Source: an uncultured Corynebacterium sp. (GTDB lineage Bacteria; Actinomycetota; Actinomycetes; Mycobacteriales; Mycobacteriaceae). Taken from it: 64,000 nucleotides of DNA. Below are positions 1-11,754 of this stretch, piece after piece. Position numbers and translations under genes: made by a program. The notes under the pieces were generated by a model. It was not told the origin of the DNA, ran no database searches, and saw only the letters and a list, made by a program, of their open reading frames with translations. The stretch is taken from the NCBI GenBank assembly GCA_964613845.1, contig CAZTIZ010000001.1:17665-81664 (forward strand). Reading direction: 5' to 3'. Each line of letters opens with the position of its first letter. Position 1 is the first letter of the stretch.

Positions 1-921
1 GGCACCAGCCTGCGCGCCGGGATCGTCGATGGGGGAGGGCGGATCCTGGATCGACGGTCGGTACCCACGCCGGGCACTGCCGCAGGGCTGGAGGCCGGCA
101 TCGTTGAGCTCGTCGGTGACCTGCGCCGTGATCACCCGGTTGACGCGATCGGTCTGGCGGTCGCGGGTTTCCTCGATCCCGAGTGTGAAACCGTCCGTTT
201 CGCCCCCCACCTGCCCTGGCGGGATGCGCCCGTGCGTGAGCGCATGGCCACCCGGCTCAACCTGCCGGTCCGCCTCGAACATGACGCCAACGCCGCCGCC
301 TGGGGGGAATACCGCTTCGGGGCGGCCCGGGGTGCTGGCACGTGGGTTTTCTTCGCCGTCGGAACCGGCATCGGCGCCACCCTGATGATCGACGGCCGCA
401 TCTACCGCGGGGCCTACGGTACCGCCCCCGAGTTCGGCCACCTCACCGTCGTACCGGACGGCCGTCCCTGCCCCTGTGGGAAACATGGCTGCCTCGAACG
501 CTACGCCTCAGGAACCGCGCTGGTCGACACCGCGCGCGAACTCCTCGCCACCGGCGATTTCCCGGACAGCCCGCTGACGCGGGTGCTGGGCACTGATCCG
601 GGGCGGATCACCGGTGAGGACATCATGGCGGCGGCGCGCGCCGACAACCCCCTCGCACTGGGGGTCCTCGACGAGTTCGGCACCTGGCTGGGGGAGGGGC
701 TGGCCATCGTCGCCGATGTTCTTGACCCCGAACTGATCCTCCTGGGTGGGGGAGTATCCCATGACGCGGACCTTTATCTCCACACTGCCCGCGATCACTT
801 CACCTCCCGGATAGTGGGGGCGGGGCACCGCCCTCTCCCGCGTGTGGGGGCCGCAGAGCTGGGATCGGACGCGGGTATGATTGGCGTGGCCGATCTGGCC
901 CGGATGAACGCGACCGACTGA
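1..921 (+). CDS. glk: ROK-family glucokinase, 5' end outside window
   Basis: Frame 1 is open from base 1 (GTSLRAGIVDGGGRILDRR..., ROK N-terminal nucleotide-binding segment) and runs into track ORF 232..921. It carries the ROK signature/zinc motif PEFGHLTVVPDGRPCPCGKHGCLERYASG. Confidence 0.85.
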   Translation, partial: GTSLRAGIVDGGGRILDRRSVPTPGTAAGLEAGIVELVGDLRRDHPVDAIGLAVAGFLDPECETVRFAPHLPWRDAPVRERMATRLNLPVRLEHDANAAAWGEYRFGAARGAGTWVFFAVGTGIGATLMIDGRIYRGAYGTAPEFGHLTVVPDGRPCPCGKHGCLERYASGTALVDTARELLATGDFPDSPLTRVLGTDPGRITGEDIMAAARADNPLALGVLDEFGTWLGEGLAIVADVLDPELILLGGGVSHDADLYLHTARDHFTSRIVGAGHRPLPRVGAAELGSDAGMIGVADLARMNATD

Positions 922-945
922 GCCTGAAGGGCACGGAGGAGAGAC

Positions 946-1686
946 ATGAATAAGAAGTGGTACTGGATCTTCAAGCACATCCTGATCGGTCCCGTCCTCC
1001 ACCTGATCAACCGTCCGGCGATCGAGGGGGTGGAGAACATCCCCGTCTCGGGCCCGGCGATCCCGGCCTCCACCCACCAGTCGGTGATGGATTCCTTCTA
1101 CTTCGCGATGATGAGCCCGCGCCGGGTGATCTTCCCCGCCAAGATCGAGTATTTCACCGCGCCGGGGATCCTCGGTGCGGTGCAGAGATGGTTCTTCAAC
1201 GCCGCGGGTCAGGTCCCGGTCGATCGGGGTGCCCGGGGAGCCGGGGACGCCATCCTGGAGGCGGCCCGGAAGGTCCTCGCCGGGGGCGACACCTTCGGCA
1301 TCTATCCGGAGGGGACCCGCTCCCCGGACGGGCGGGTTTACAGGGGACGCACCGGGGTGGCCCGTATCGCCCTGGCCACCGGCGCTCCGATCATCCCGGT
1401 CGCCATGATTGGTTCCCGTCGGGCGAATCCGATCGGTTCCTGGCTGCTGCGCCCCGTGAAGGTGCGGATGAAGGTCGGTGAGCCAATCGACGGCCGCGCC
1501 TACGTGGAGGGCCTCGGGTTGGACCCGGAGAGCCGGGAGGCTGCCCGTCCACTGACCGATCACCTCATGCACACCCTTGCCGGGCTCGCCGGACAGCCCT
1601 ACGTCGATGTCTACGCCTCCGATGTCAAGGCCTCCCTGCAGGCCGGCCACGGCTACCCGGCAGGCTCCGAACCGACTGCCAGGTAG
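946..1686 (+). CDS. 1-acyl-sn-glycerol-3-phosphate acyltransferase family protein (PlsC-like)
   Basis: HX4D motif HQSVMD and YPEGTRS motif. SD GGAGGAG lies just upstream of ATG 946. Confidence 0.85.
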   Translation: MNKKWYWIFKHILIGPVLHLINRPAIEGVENIPVSGPAIPASTHQSVMDSFYFAMMSPRRVIFPAKIEYFTAPGILGAVQRWFFNAAGQVPVDRGARGAGDAILEAARKVLAGGDTFGIYPEGTRSPDGRVYRGRTGVARIALATGAPIIPVAMIGSRRANPIGSWLLRPVKVRMKVGEPIDGRAYVEGLGLDPESREAARPLTDHLMHTLAGLAGQPYVDVYASDVKASLQAGHGYPAGSEPTAR

Positions 1687-1738
1687 ATCACACCTGCTTC
1701 CCCTTCCTCCGTCTCCCGTCCTATAGTGATGGATCTAC

Positions 1739-2977
1739 ATGGATGATCGGCGAGGGGGAGACTGCATGACGGTGAGCGGCACGGGGATCACGCGTGGGCG
1801 TCTCGCCTGGCCGGATGTGGCCAAGGGCGTCTCCATCCTCGGGGTCGTGCTGCTCCATGTCAGCCTCGCGGTCCCGCAGGGCATGGAGACCACCGCGGCG
1901 AATATCAACCAGATTCTCGACCCTCTCCGGATGCCCCTGTTCTTCCTGGTCAGTGGGTTCTTCTCCGCGAAGGTCCTCAGTTTTTCGCTGTCTGAACTGT
2001 TCCTGAGACGACTGTGGTTCTTCATCGTCCCCTACGTCGTGTGGGTGCCCGTCGAGCTGTGGCTGAAGTTCCGTGAGTACAACATGTTCGACGGCACGCC
2101 GATGCCCGGTCCCGGGGTCTATCTCTCACACCTCTTCGAGGCCCGGAACATGTACTGGTTCCTCTTCGCGTTGACGGTGTTCAACCTCTTCCTGTGGTGT
2201 ACCCGGAATCTCCCGGCCTGGGCGGGGCTGCTGGCCGGCTTTGCGCCGGTCTTGTTCCTGCCGCTGCACAGTGACTTCCACATGGTGGGCAAGGCGGTGC
2301 TCTATCTGCCGGTCTTCCTGGCCGGTGTCTACCTGCGCAAGCACATACGGGCCTACGCCGACCAGGCGTTCCACCCGCGTCGATTCATCCCCGCGGCAGT
2401 GGCCTATGTCGCTGGTTTCAGTGTGCTCAGTGCCTGGTCCCTCTACGCGAGCCGTTCCGACATCCTGCTCCCGTGGCTGCTGCCGGGGGCGGAGACCATC
2501 GGTTACTCGGACGTCCGGTTGCTGGTCAATTCCCTGGTGCAGCTGCTGATGATCCCGGTGGCGATTGCCGGAGCGGTGGCCCTGTCGAGGATCCCGTTGG
2601 TCTCCGAGTTCCTGAAGTTCCTGGGCCGACACACGTTGGTGATCTACCTCGGCCACGCCATCGCCCTGACGGTGCTCTACCACTACAACATGCGGGCCAT
2701 GGACATCGAGATCTCCCGCGACGCCGACAGCCCCCTGCACAGCACAGCCTTCTGGATGGTCGTGGGCCTGGCGATCTCCGCGGTCGGCTCCTTCTTCTTC
2801 TGGGTGCTGACCCGCATCCCGGGCATCCGCCTGACGATCATGCCCCCGCAGCTCCCCTTCGGTGTGCGTCAGCGCCCGGCTGGCACACCCGCCCTGCGTG
2901 TCGATGCCGCCGACCACGCCGCTCCCGGCGTTGCCCCGGTGCCCGTCGCCGTGGACGGGGAATCAAAGAACCGGTGA
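1739..2977 (+). CDS. acyltransferase_3 family integral membrane O-acyltransferase
   Basis: Multi-pass hydrophobic protein. The N-terminus LAWPDVAKGVSILGVVLLHV...PLFFLVSGFF is typical of the OafA/OatA-type acyltransferase_3 family. The start may instead be ATG 1766. Confidence 0.7.
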   Translation: MDDRRGGDCMTVSGTGITRGRLAWPDVAKGVSILGVVLLHVSLAVPQGMETTAANINQILDPLRMPLFFLVSGFFSAKVLSFSLSELFLRRLWFFIVPYVVWVPVELWLKFREYNMFDGTPMPGPGVYLSHLFEARNMYWFLFALTVFNLFLWCTRNLPAWAGLLAGFAPVLFLPLHSDFHMVGKAVLYLPVFLAGVYLRKHIRAYADQAFHPRRFIPAAVAYVAGFSVLSAWSLYASRSDILLPWLLPGAETIGYSDVRLLVNSLVQLLMIPVAIAGAVALSRIPLVSEFLKFLGRHTLVIYLGHAIALTVLYHYNMRAMDIEISRDADSPLHSTAFWMVVGLAISAVGSFFFWVLTRIPGIRLTIMPPQLPFGVRQRPAGTPALRVDAADHAAPGVAPVPVAVDGESKNR

Positions 2978-2999
2978 CCCCACCCTGACCGTGGCTCAC

Positions 3000-3021
3000 G
3001 GCGTGCGCAGCTGCGCACGCC
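3000..3021. terminator. perfect 22-nt palindrome between convergent genes (bidirectional terminator candidate)
   Basis: GGCGTGCGCAG|CTGCGCACGCC lies between stop 2977 (+) and stop 3028 (-). There is no U-tract, as is common in Actinobacteria. Confidence 0.5.
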
Positions 3022-3027
3022 GCTCAT

Positions 3028-4290
3028 TTACCGCTCCGCGGGCTGCAGCAGCGCCCGGGGCAGGAATAGGGTGCCGATGATCAGCAGCGCCGCGAGCAGG
3101 ACATAACTGTTGCCAAGAACATGACCCCACCAGGCCCAGTCGAACTCCCGGTTGTCACGGTGGGGGAGCCACCAGTGCGGCTGGAGGAAAACCGCCAGGG
3201 TCAGTGCCGTGCCGAGGGCCAGTGCGAGTCGACGGGCGGCCCCGCGGTGTCGCCACGCGCCGACCCCGAGGAGAACCACCGCCGGGATGATCCACACCCA
3301 GTGGTGGGACCAGGAGACCGGAGAGGCCAGCAGGGCGACGAAACTGTTGAGCACCACCAGGCCGGGCACCGCGGACCCGGGGGTGGCCGCGGCCCGGCGC
3401 ACCCGCTCCATGGCGAGCACGATGACGATGACCGTCGTCACCGCGAGCAGCAGCCATAGCGGACGGACCAGTTGCTCAGGCACCGCACGGACGAGCAGGC
3501 CCTGGAAGGACTGGTTGGCTGTGTAGGCCAGTCCGCCGATGCGGCCCGGGTCGCTGAGGGTGTCGAACCAGTAGGTCCAGGAGTTGACCGGGCTGGCCAT
3601 GAAGGCGAGCAGGGTGAAACAGGCCGCTGCGGTCACCGTGGTCGCGGCACCCCGCCAGTCACGCCGAACCAGGAAGAAGAGGAGGAAGACGGCGGGGGTG
3701 AGTTTGATGGCGGCGGCGAGGCCGATGAGCACACCTCTGGGCAACCAGGTCCGGCGGGCCAGTAGGTCGGTCATCACCAGGGCCATGAGCAGGATGTTGA
3801 TCTGTCCGAAGGACAGGGTTTCCCGGACCGGTTCCGCCAGCAGTGCCAGCGGCAGCAGCCAGGTGGTCAGCACCCGGGGATCGACCGGGGCGGTGGCGGG
3901 CAGGCAGTTGCGCACCATGAGGAAGATGCACCACCACAGCAGGGCCGCGGTGGCGAAGGTCGACACGGCGGCTCCGAGCGCCAGGGGGAACCAGGTCAGC
4001 GGGATGAAGAGGATGGCACCCAGTGGGGGATAGGTGAAGGGCAGCGTGACTCCCCGTACCTGGTAGTCGCGGGTGTAGAGGTTGTCACCGGCGAGAAACG
4101 CTGTGGCGCCCTCCCGGTAGACGTCGTAGTCGATGTGGTAGCGCAGCTGCAGGGATTGTTCGGTGAACAGTGCCGGGATGTCCACCACCCAGATCAGGGT
4201 CAGCAGCACGGCGGCGGTCAGGGCCGTAGCTGTCCTCTTGAGGTGGCGGGGGCGCGCGGTGTTCACGGCGGCAGGGGGAGCGACAGTCAC
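3028..4290 (-). CDS. GT87 (DUF2029) polyprenol-phosphate-mannose-dependent alpha-(1->2) mannosyltransferase-like membrane protein
   Basis: About 10 TM segments. The first-loop motif HIDYDVYREGATAFL is typical of GT-C GT87/PimE-like enzymes. Its position next to the Rv2179c-like gene and aroG matches M. tuberculosis Rv2181 (from memory). Confidence 0.7.
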   Translation of the reverse strand: MTVAPPAAVNTARPRHLKRTATALTAAVLLTLIWVVDIPALFTEQSLQLRYHIDYDVYREGATAFLAGDNLYTRDYQVRGVTLPFTYPPLGAILFIPLTWFPLALGAAVSTFATAALLWWCIFLMVRNCLPATAPVDPRVLTTWLLPLALLAEPVRETLSFGQINILLMALVMTDLLARRTWLPRGVLIGLAAAIKLTPAVFLLFFLVRRDWRGAATTVTAAACFTLLAFMASPVNSWTYWFDTLSDPGRIGGLAYTANQSFQGLLVRAVPEQLVRPLWLLLAVTTVIVIVLAMERVRRAAATPGSAVPGLVVLNSFVALLASPVSWSHHWVWIIPAVVLLGVGAWRHRGAARRLALALGTALTLAVFLQPHWWLPHRDNREFDWAWWGHVLGNSYVLLAALLIIGTLFLPRALLQPAER

Positions 4291-4389
4291 ACGCTGACTA
4301 TAGCGGCGCGCCTGTACCCTGCGGTGGGGTGGGCATCAGCACGGGATGGGCAGGGGTTAGGCTGGACCCTGCACGAATCTGGGAAGGAC

Positions 4390-6341
<1,952 letters not shown>

Positions 6342-6356
6342 TCGTTCGTCCTCAGC

Positions 6357-6395
6357 AACACAGAAGCCACCGTCCCTGACGGTGGCTTCTGTGTT
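6357..6395. terminator. 18-bp perfect stem hairpin between convergent aroG and pknL
   Basis: AACACAGAAGCCACCGTC-CCT-GACGGTGGCTTCTGTGTT. Confidence 0.7.
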
Positions 6396-6414
6396 CAGCC
6401 CGGGCAGTCCCGGA

Positions 6415-8604
6415 TCAGTCGTTCATGCTCACCCAGACCCGGGCGCGGTCATTGACCACCTCGCCGGGCTCCGGCCGCTGGCTGCTCACCGATCCGTCGC
6501 CTCGTCCCCACCGGCTGAAGCGCAGCCCGGCGTCCTCGACGAGCTGCCGCGCATGATCGGGGGACAGCCCGGTCAGGGAGGGGACGGTGACCCGGCCCGG
6601 CACCGTGAGCACGACCTCGGTGGCGGCTGCCTGCGCCGGATCGATGTGGGTTCCCGGGGCGGGGGAGACACCCACCACCGTGAGCGAGGAGGTGCCGATC
6701 TCGGAGCGGTCACGGCTGACCCGGACCTCGAAGCCGGCATCCTCCACCGCCTGTTCCGCCTCGTCCCGGTTCATGCCGGTGACCTCGGGGACGGTCGCGG
6801 CGGTGGAGACGGTCAGGTCCACGGAGGCCCCCCGCCCCAGCGAGGTGCCGGGGGTCGGGTTGACGTCCGTGACCTGGCCGGCCGGCGCCTCATCACTGAA
6901 GGTCTCGGTGATCCGGCCGACGATCAGGCCAGCGCCCTCGATCAGGGACCGTGCCTCATTCCGGTCCGTCCCCACGACCTCGGGCACCGCCACCGGCTGT
7001 GGGCCACGTGAGACGTGCGCCGTGACCGTGGAGCCGACGGGGACCGTCTCCCCGGAGGGCGGGGTGGTCTCGGCGACCACACCTGCAGGAACCTCATCTG
7101 AGTAGACCTGCTCGCCGGTGACCACCTGCAGGGTGCGTTCCTCCGCCAGGGAACGGTAGGTATCGACATCCGCGCCGGTGGGGACTGCGGGCACCGTGGG
7201 TGGCCCCTGGGAGATGAGGAGGACCACCTGCTCGCCCGGCAGCAGCCGGTCCCCGTCCGGGGGTTCCGTCCCGGCGATCAGGTCGGAGGGGACATCATCG
7301 CTGTAGACGATCCGGGTGGCGGTGGTGAAACCCTCCTCTTCCACCAGGGAGGTCGCCGCCACCCGGTCCATGCCCAGCACCGGGGGGATCTCCCCATAGC
7401 GGCCGGAGCCGAACCACCAACCGCCCACGGCCACGGCTGCGGTGAATAGGGCGATGACCACCAGCCACACGACCAGGGCGGTCCGGGACCGGTTGGAGAG
7501 CGGGGTGGGGGCCTCCCCGGCGGGAACGGCGACTGGGCCGTCCGCCACCTGGTCGTGCTCTCCTGGGACGGGTGGCGGGGGAGTCTCCCCGGCCGGGGGG
7601 ATCACCATGGTCTCAGAGGCCCCCGGCGTCAGGTTCGCCCCGACCCCGCCGACTGTGGGGCCGATGATGCCGGTGGCGTCCAGGGGGCCGACGATGTCGG
7701 TGGTGTCGGTGGGCACCGCAGCGGCGCGGGTAGCCGCGGAATTGTGGGGAACGGGGACGGTGAAGACAGGCAGTTCCAGTTCCCCGGCGACGTCGTCAAG
7801 TGCTGCGAGGAACTCCCCGGCGTCGGCGAAGCGGTCGCCGGGCTCCCGCGCGGTTGCGGAGGCGACGAGGGCGTCGACGATCGGTGGGATGCCCGCGATG
7901 CGGGAGCTCGGGGCAGGCACGTCATTATTCAGTCGCTGATAGGCGTGGGTGAGTTGGGTGTCCCCCGCGAAGGGGACTTCGCCGGTCAGGACCTCGAACA
8001 GGACGATGCCAGCGGAGTAGACATCGGAGGCCGGGGTGATCTCGGAACCGTCGACCTGCTCCGGGGAGAGGTAGGCGACGGTGCCGACGATCTGGTCGGA
8101 GCTGTGGGTCGTGGCGCTCGCAGCTCGCACCAGGCCGAAGTCGGCGAGTTTCACCCGGTGGTCGCCGTTGATGAGGATGTTGTCCGGTTTGATGTCACGG
8201 TGGACCATGCCGGCCTCATGGGCTACGGCCAGGCCGGTCAGGACGGAGCGCAGCACCACGACGGCCGCGTGCGGGGGCATCGGGCCGCGCTCGGCGATCA
8301 GCTCGCGCAGGGTGCCGCCGGTGATCAGCTCCATGATCAGGAAGAGATGGTCCCCGTCAGAGTCGAAGTCATAGACGTTGACCAGGTTAGGGTGCGTCAG
8401 CTGCGCCATCGCGCGGGCCTCACGGCGGAAACGCGTGCGGAAGACCGGGTCGCCGACGTACCGCTCGTGCATGACCTTGGCCGCCACGGCACGTCCCAGC
8501 CGAAGGTCCACACAGCGGTAGACGGTGGACATACCGCCGCGGGCGATCGGGTGATCGATGCGGTACCGGTCATCCAGGACGTCTCCCACTGTCAGCTGAG
8601 CCAT
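6415..8604 (-). CDS. pknL: Ser/Thr protein kinase with one TM segment and five extracellular PASTA repeats
   Basis: Hanks kinase motifs GGMSTVY, AAKV, HRDIKPDN, DFG and SPEQ. A TM segment ALVVWLVVIALFTAAVAVGGWWF is followed by five PASTA-like units each ending ...G(P). Start ATG 8604 (MAQLTVGDVLDDRYRI) is preferred over track start 8658. Confidence 0.85.
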   Translation of the reverse strand: MAQLTVGDVLDDRYRIDHPIARGGMSTVYRCVDLRLGRAVAAKVMHERYVGDPVFRTRFRREARAMAQLTHPNLVNVYDFDSDGDHLFLIMELITGGTLRELIAERGPMPPHAAVVVLRSVLTGLAVAHEAGMVHRDIKPDNILINGDHRVKLADFGLVRAASATTHSSDQIVGTVAYLSPEQVDGSEITPASDVYSAGIVLFEVLTGEVPFAGDTQLTHAYQRLNNDVPAPSSRIAGIPPIVDALVASATAREPGDRFADAGEFLAALDDVAGELELPVFTVPVPHNSAATRAAAVPTDTTDIVGPLDATGIIGPTVGGVGANLTPGASETMVIPPAGETPPPPVPGEHDQVADGPVAVPAGEAPTPLSNRSRTALVVWLVVIALFTAAVAVGGWWFGSGRYGEIPPVLGMDRVAATSLVEEEGFTTATRIVYSDDVPSDLIAGTEPPDGDRLLPGEQVVLLISQGPPTVPAVPTGADVDTYRSLAEERTLQVVTGEQVYSDEVPAGVVAETTPPSGETVPVGSTVTAHVSRGPQPVAVPEVVGTDRNEARSLIEGAGLIVGRITETFSDEAPAGQVTDVNPTPGTSLGRGASVDLTVSTAATVPEVTGMNRDEAEQAVEDAGFEVRVSRDRSEIGTSSLTVVGVSPAPGTHIDPAQAAATEVVLTVPGRVTVPSLTGLSPDHARQLVEDAGLRFSRWGRGDGSVSSQRPEPGEVVNDRARVWVSMND

Positions 8605-8672
8605 ACGCTCAGTATGGTCGATCATTCCGGCCATTTCCCAACCGGAACACGGAGGCACGTAGAGTATGGGGC

Positions 8673-9041
8673 GTGAGTTCCCCAGACACCGCCCTCGACA
8701 CCCTGCTCGCAGACGAAGAGCTGCTGACCCTGCCGGAAGCCGCCGACCTGCTCGGCGTGGTGGTCACCCGCGTCCATGACCTGCTCAGCGAGAAAAAGCT
8801 GATCGCCCATGTCCGCGACGGTGTCCGCCATATCCCGGCCCTGTTCTTCAACCGCAAGAACGCGGTCAACCGTTTCCTCCCCGGCACCATCACCCTGCTC
8901 GCCGACGGCGGGTACAGCGATGAGGAGATCCTGGTCTATCTGTTCACGGAGGACGAGACCCTCCCCGGCCGTCCGGTCGACGCCCTCCACGGTCACCTGG
9001 CCCGTGAGGTCGTGCGCCGGGTCCAGGCGATGGCCCTGTAG
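8673..9041 (+). CDS. Rv2175c-type winged-helix DNA-binding protein
   Basis: LLTLPEAADLLGVVVTRVHDLLSEKKLIA is an HTH segment. The gene is divergent from pknL, as Rv2175c is from pknL in M. tuberculosis. Confidence 0.75.
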   Translation: MSSPDTALDTLLADEELLTLPEAADLLGVVVTRVHDLLSEKKLIAHVRDGVRHIPALFFNRKNAVNRFLPGTITLLADGGYSDEEILVYLFTEDETLPGRPVDALHGHLAREVVRRVQAMAL

Positions 9042-9063
9042 AACACCGTGCGCCAGCGGTGCG

Positions 9064-10542
9064 TCAGTCCCCGATGTTCTCCGGGGTGGGCTCCGCCTCC
9101 GTCTCCTCCCGCTGTGCGCAGATGAATTCCGTGAGCAGCCACGCCGCGATCAGGGCCGCTCCCGTCCACCACAGGTTGTAGAGCTGGTGGTTGCCGCTGC
9201 CCGTGAAGGACAGTGTGAGCAGGATGGAGCCGCCGATGGACAGCTTGAGCACCCACGCCGGGGGTCGGAACGTTCCCACCAGCGACAGCACCGACGCGTA
9301 GTACCAGGGCAGCGTCACCGAGTTGAGGATGAAGGCCACCTGGTAGGCGGCGGTGGTGCCCATGACTGCCCGCCGGTCGTTCTCCCGGAACAGCCACCAC
9401 ATGATCACCAGCCCGATGAGCATGAGCACCCCGGAGACCGTCCGGAAGATCTGCAGCGGCACGTTGTAGTCGAAGTCCTGATCGATGAGCTGGACGAAGG
9501 GCGTGAACACATCGGTCAGCAGGGTCGGTAGCGCCAGCGGGTTGATCACCTTGGAGTTCCCCGTGATCTCCGACAACCAGCCCCAGCTCGAACCTGATGC
9601 CCAGGTCACCGCAGCCACCACCGCGACCGTCTCGACGGCCCCGATGACACCCGCGACCACGAAGGCGGCGAATTTCCGTCCGGGGCGCGCACGCTGACCG
9701 GCATAATGGTTCACTGCCAGCCAGACCACGAAGGGCAGGGCGATGGCGGCTGTGGCCTTCAGGGACACCGCCACCGCGATCAGCGCAACGCCAAGGAGGA
9801 AGCGGCGGTGCAGGCAGGCCAGAATCCCCACGCTGACCAGGCCGACCATCACTGATTCGTTGTGCATGCCCCCGACCATGTGCAGCACCATCACCGGGTT
9901 GGCCACACCCAGCCACAGGGCCAGCACCGGGTCGCCACCCAGCCGCTGTGCGATGCGGGGCACGGCCCACGCGATGGCCAGGAAACCGGCCACGGAGATC
10001 AGCTTGTAGAGGAAGATCCCGGCGGTGACGTTCTCGCCCGCAATCCGGGTGACGCCCTCCCCGAGCCACAGGTGCAACGGCCCGTAGGGGGTGGTCGTGT
10101 TCCGCCAGTCGTGGGAGACCTCCAGCAGGAACGGTCCCGGGTTGACGGCCGCTCCCTGCGAGTAGGGGTCGAAACCGTCGCGGTGCATCGCCCCCTGCAT
10201 CAGGTAGGAGTACACGTCCCGGGAGAGCATCGGAGCAGCCAGCAACAGCGGTGCCACCCACACCACCAGCGACTTCCGGACGTGCCGGAGGGGCACACGT
10301 CCCCGTAGCACCTCACGGCCCAGCAGCACCCACGCTCCCAGCAGGAGCAGTACACCGGCCCAGAAGATCACGTTGGACAGGCCGGCGCCCCGACCGTAGG
10401 CCAGGAAATCCAGCCCGGCTGCCTCCAGCAGCCCGCCCCGGTTACGGGTCGCCCCGCCCCCGAAGGAACCGAGCAGGAGGAGAATGCTGCCCACCACCCC
10501 GAGCGGCAGGGCGCGGGGGAGGGAGTCGACGGTCAGGTGCAC
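9064..10542 (-). CDS. mptA: GT-C alpha-(1->6)-mannopyranosyltransferase (MptA/MptB family)
   Basis: Polytopic membrane protein with the loop motif SRDVYSYLMQGAMHRDGFDPY typical of the MptA/MptB family. Its position between the Rv2175c-like gene and idsA matches Rv2174 (from memory). Confidence 0.7.
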   Translation of the reverse strand: MHLTVDSLPRALPLGVVGSILLLLGSFGGGATRNRGGLLEAAGLDFLAYGRGAGLSNVIFWAGVLLLLGAWVLLGREVLRGRVPLRHVRKSLVVWVAPLLLAAPMLSRDVYSYLMQGAMHRDGFDPYSQGAAVNPGPFLLEVSHDWRNTTTPYGPLHLWLGEGVTRIAGENVTAGIFLYKLISVAGFLAIAWAVPRIAQRLGGDPVLALWLGVANPVMVLHMVGGMHNESVMVGLVSVGILACLHRRFLLGVALIAVAVSLKATAAIALPFVVWLAVNHYAGQRARPGRKFAAFVVAGVIGAVETVAVVAAVTWASGSSWGWLSEITGNSKVINPLALPTLLTDVFTPFVQLIDQDFDYNVPLQIFRTVSGVLMLIGLVIMWWLFRENDRRAVMGTTAAYQVAFILNSVTLPWYYASVLSLVGTFRPPAWVLKLSIGGSILLTLSFTGSGNHQLYNLWWTGAALIAAWLLTEFICAQREETEAEPTPENIGD

Positions 10543-10581
10543 GATGGGGATCCTCTGGCGGGGTGACTGGCTGAGTGGCTG

Positions 10582-11682
10582 TTACATACGGCGCTCGGTC
10601 GCGCGGACGGCCAGCGCCCGCAGCGTCTCGGTAACCTCCGGCGACGTGCGGGCGGCAGCCAGGTGGGCGAGGCCGGATGAGGTCAGCGCACTGATGCGCT
10701 CCTCGACCTCCTCGACCGCACCGGTGGCACGGATGATCTCCGCCAGCCGGGACAGCTCCGCCGGATCAGCGGTGGCACCCACCCCCTGACGTAGTTCCGC
10801 AGCGGCCACCGGATCGTGCTCGTCGGCCCGCTGTAGCGCCAGTGCCAGCAGCACGGTGCGCTTGCCCTCCCGCAGATCATCGCCCGCCGGTTTGCCCGTG
10901 ACCGCCGGATCACCGTAGACCCCGAGCTGATCGTCGCGCAGCTGGAAGGCCAGACCGATGTCGCGGCCATAACCACGGAACGCCCCGATCAGCGACTCGT
11001 CCGCGCCCGCCAGTGCCGCACCCAGGTGGAGGGGGCGCTCGATGGTGTAGGCGGCCGTCTTGTAGCGGTTGACGGACTCCGCCAGCTCCACGCGCTCATC
11101 GGCGGTGGCCTCCAGGGAGATATCGAGCAGCTGCCCACCGATGACCTCCGTGTGCATCGCCCGCCACGGCTCCCGCGCCCGCCGCAGCGCCTCCACCGAG
11201 AGGCCGGAATCCTGCAGCATGTCCTCGGCCCACACCAGGGCCAGGTCACCCACCAGGATGGCGACGGACTCACCGAAGTGCGCGGCCTCACCCGTCCAGC
11301 CGTTATCCGTGTGACGCTTCTCGACGGCGCGGTGCACCGTCGGGGAGCCACGGCGGGTGTCGGAGGCGTCGATGATGTCATCGTGGATCAGCGCGCAGGC
11401 CTGGATGAACTCCAGTGAGGCCGCGGCATTGAGTACCGCCGCGGGATCCTCATCGGTGTTCTCGAGGCCTCCCGCTCCCACGAATCCCGCCCAGGCGTAG
11501 AGCGGACGGATGCGCTTTCCACCGCCGAGCACGAAGGACTCCAGGTGCGTCAGTGAGGATGAGACCGGGCCCCCGATGACATCAATCTCCGCGCGCCGGG
11601 AGTCGATGAAGGAGGACAGCGCAGCGCGGGCGGCGTCGGGCACCTGGTCGAGAGTGGGGATCCTGGGATCGGTGTTGGTCAC
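10582..11682 (-). CDS. idsA: polyprenyl (geranylgeranyl) diphosphate synthase
   Basis: First and second aspartate-rich motifs, LIHDDIIDASD and QLRDDQLG. Confidence 0.85.
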   Translation of the reverse strand: MTNTDPRIPTLDQVPDAARAALSSFIDSRRAEIDVIGGPVSSSLTHLESFVLGGGKRIRPLYAWAGFVGAGGLENTDEDPAAVLNAAASLEFIQACALIHDDIIDASDTRRGSPTVHRAVEKRHTDNGWTGEAAHFGESVAILVGDLALVWAEDMLQDSGLSVEALRRAREPWRAMHTEVIGGQLLDISLEATADERVELAESVNRYKTAAYTIERPLHLGAALAGADESLIGAFRGYGRDIGLAFQLRDDQLGVYGDPAVTGKPAGDDLREGKRTVLLALALQRADEHDPVAAAELRQGVGATADPAELSRLAEIIRATGAVEEVEERISALTSSGLAHLAAARTSPEVTETLRALAVRATERRM

Positions 11683-11754
11683 TGCTGGGGTCTCCGCAAC
11701 ATCGTGGGGTGAAATGACATCTCCACGATACCCAGGAGCTTCCTCCCAGCCGGA

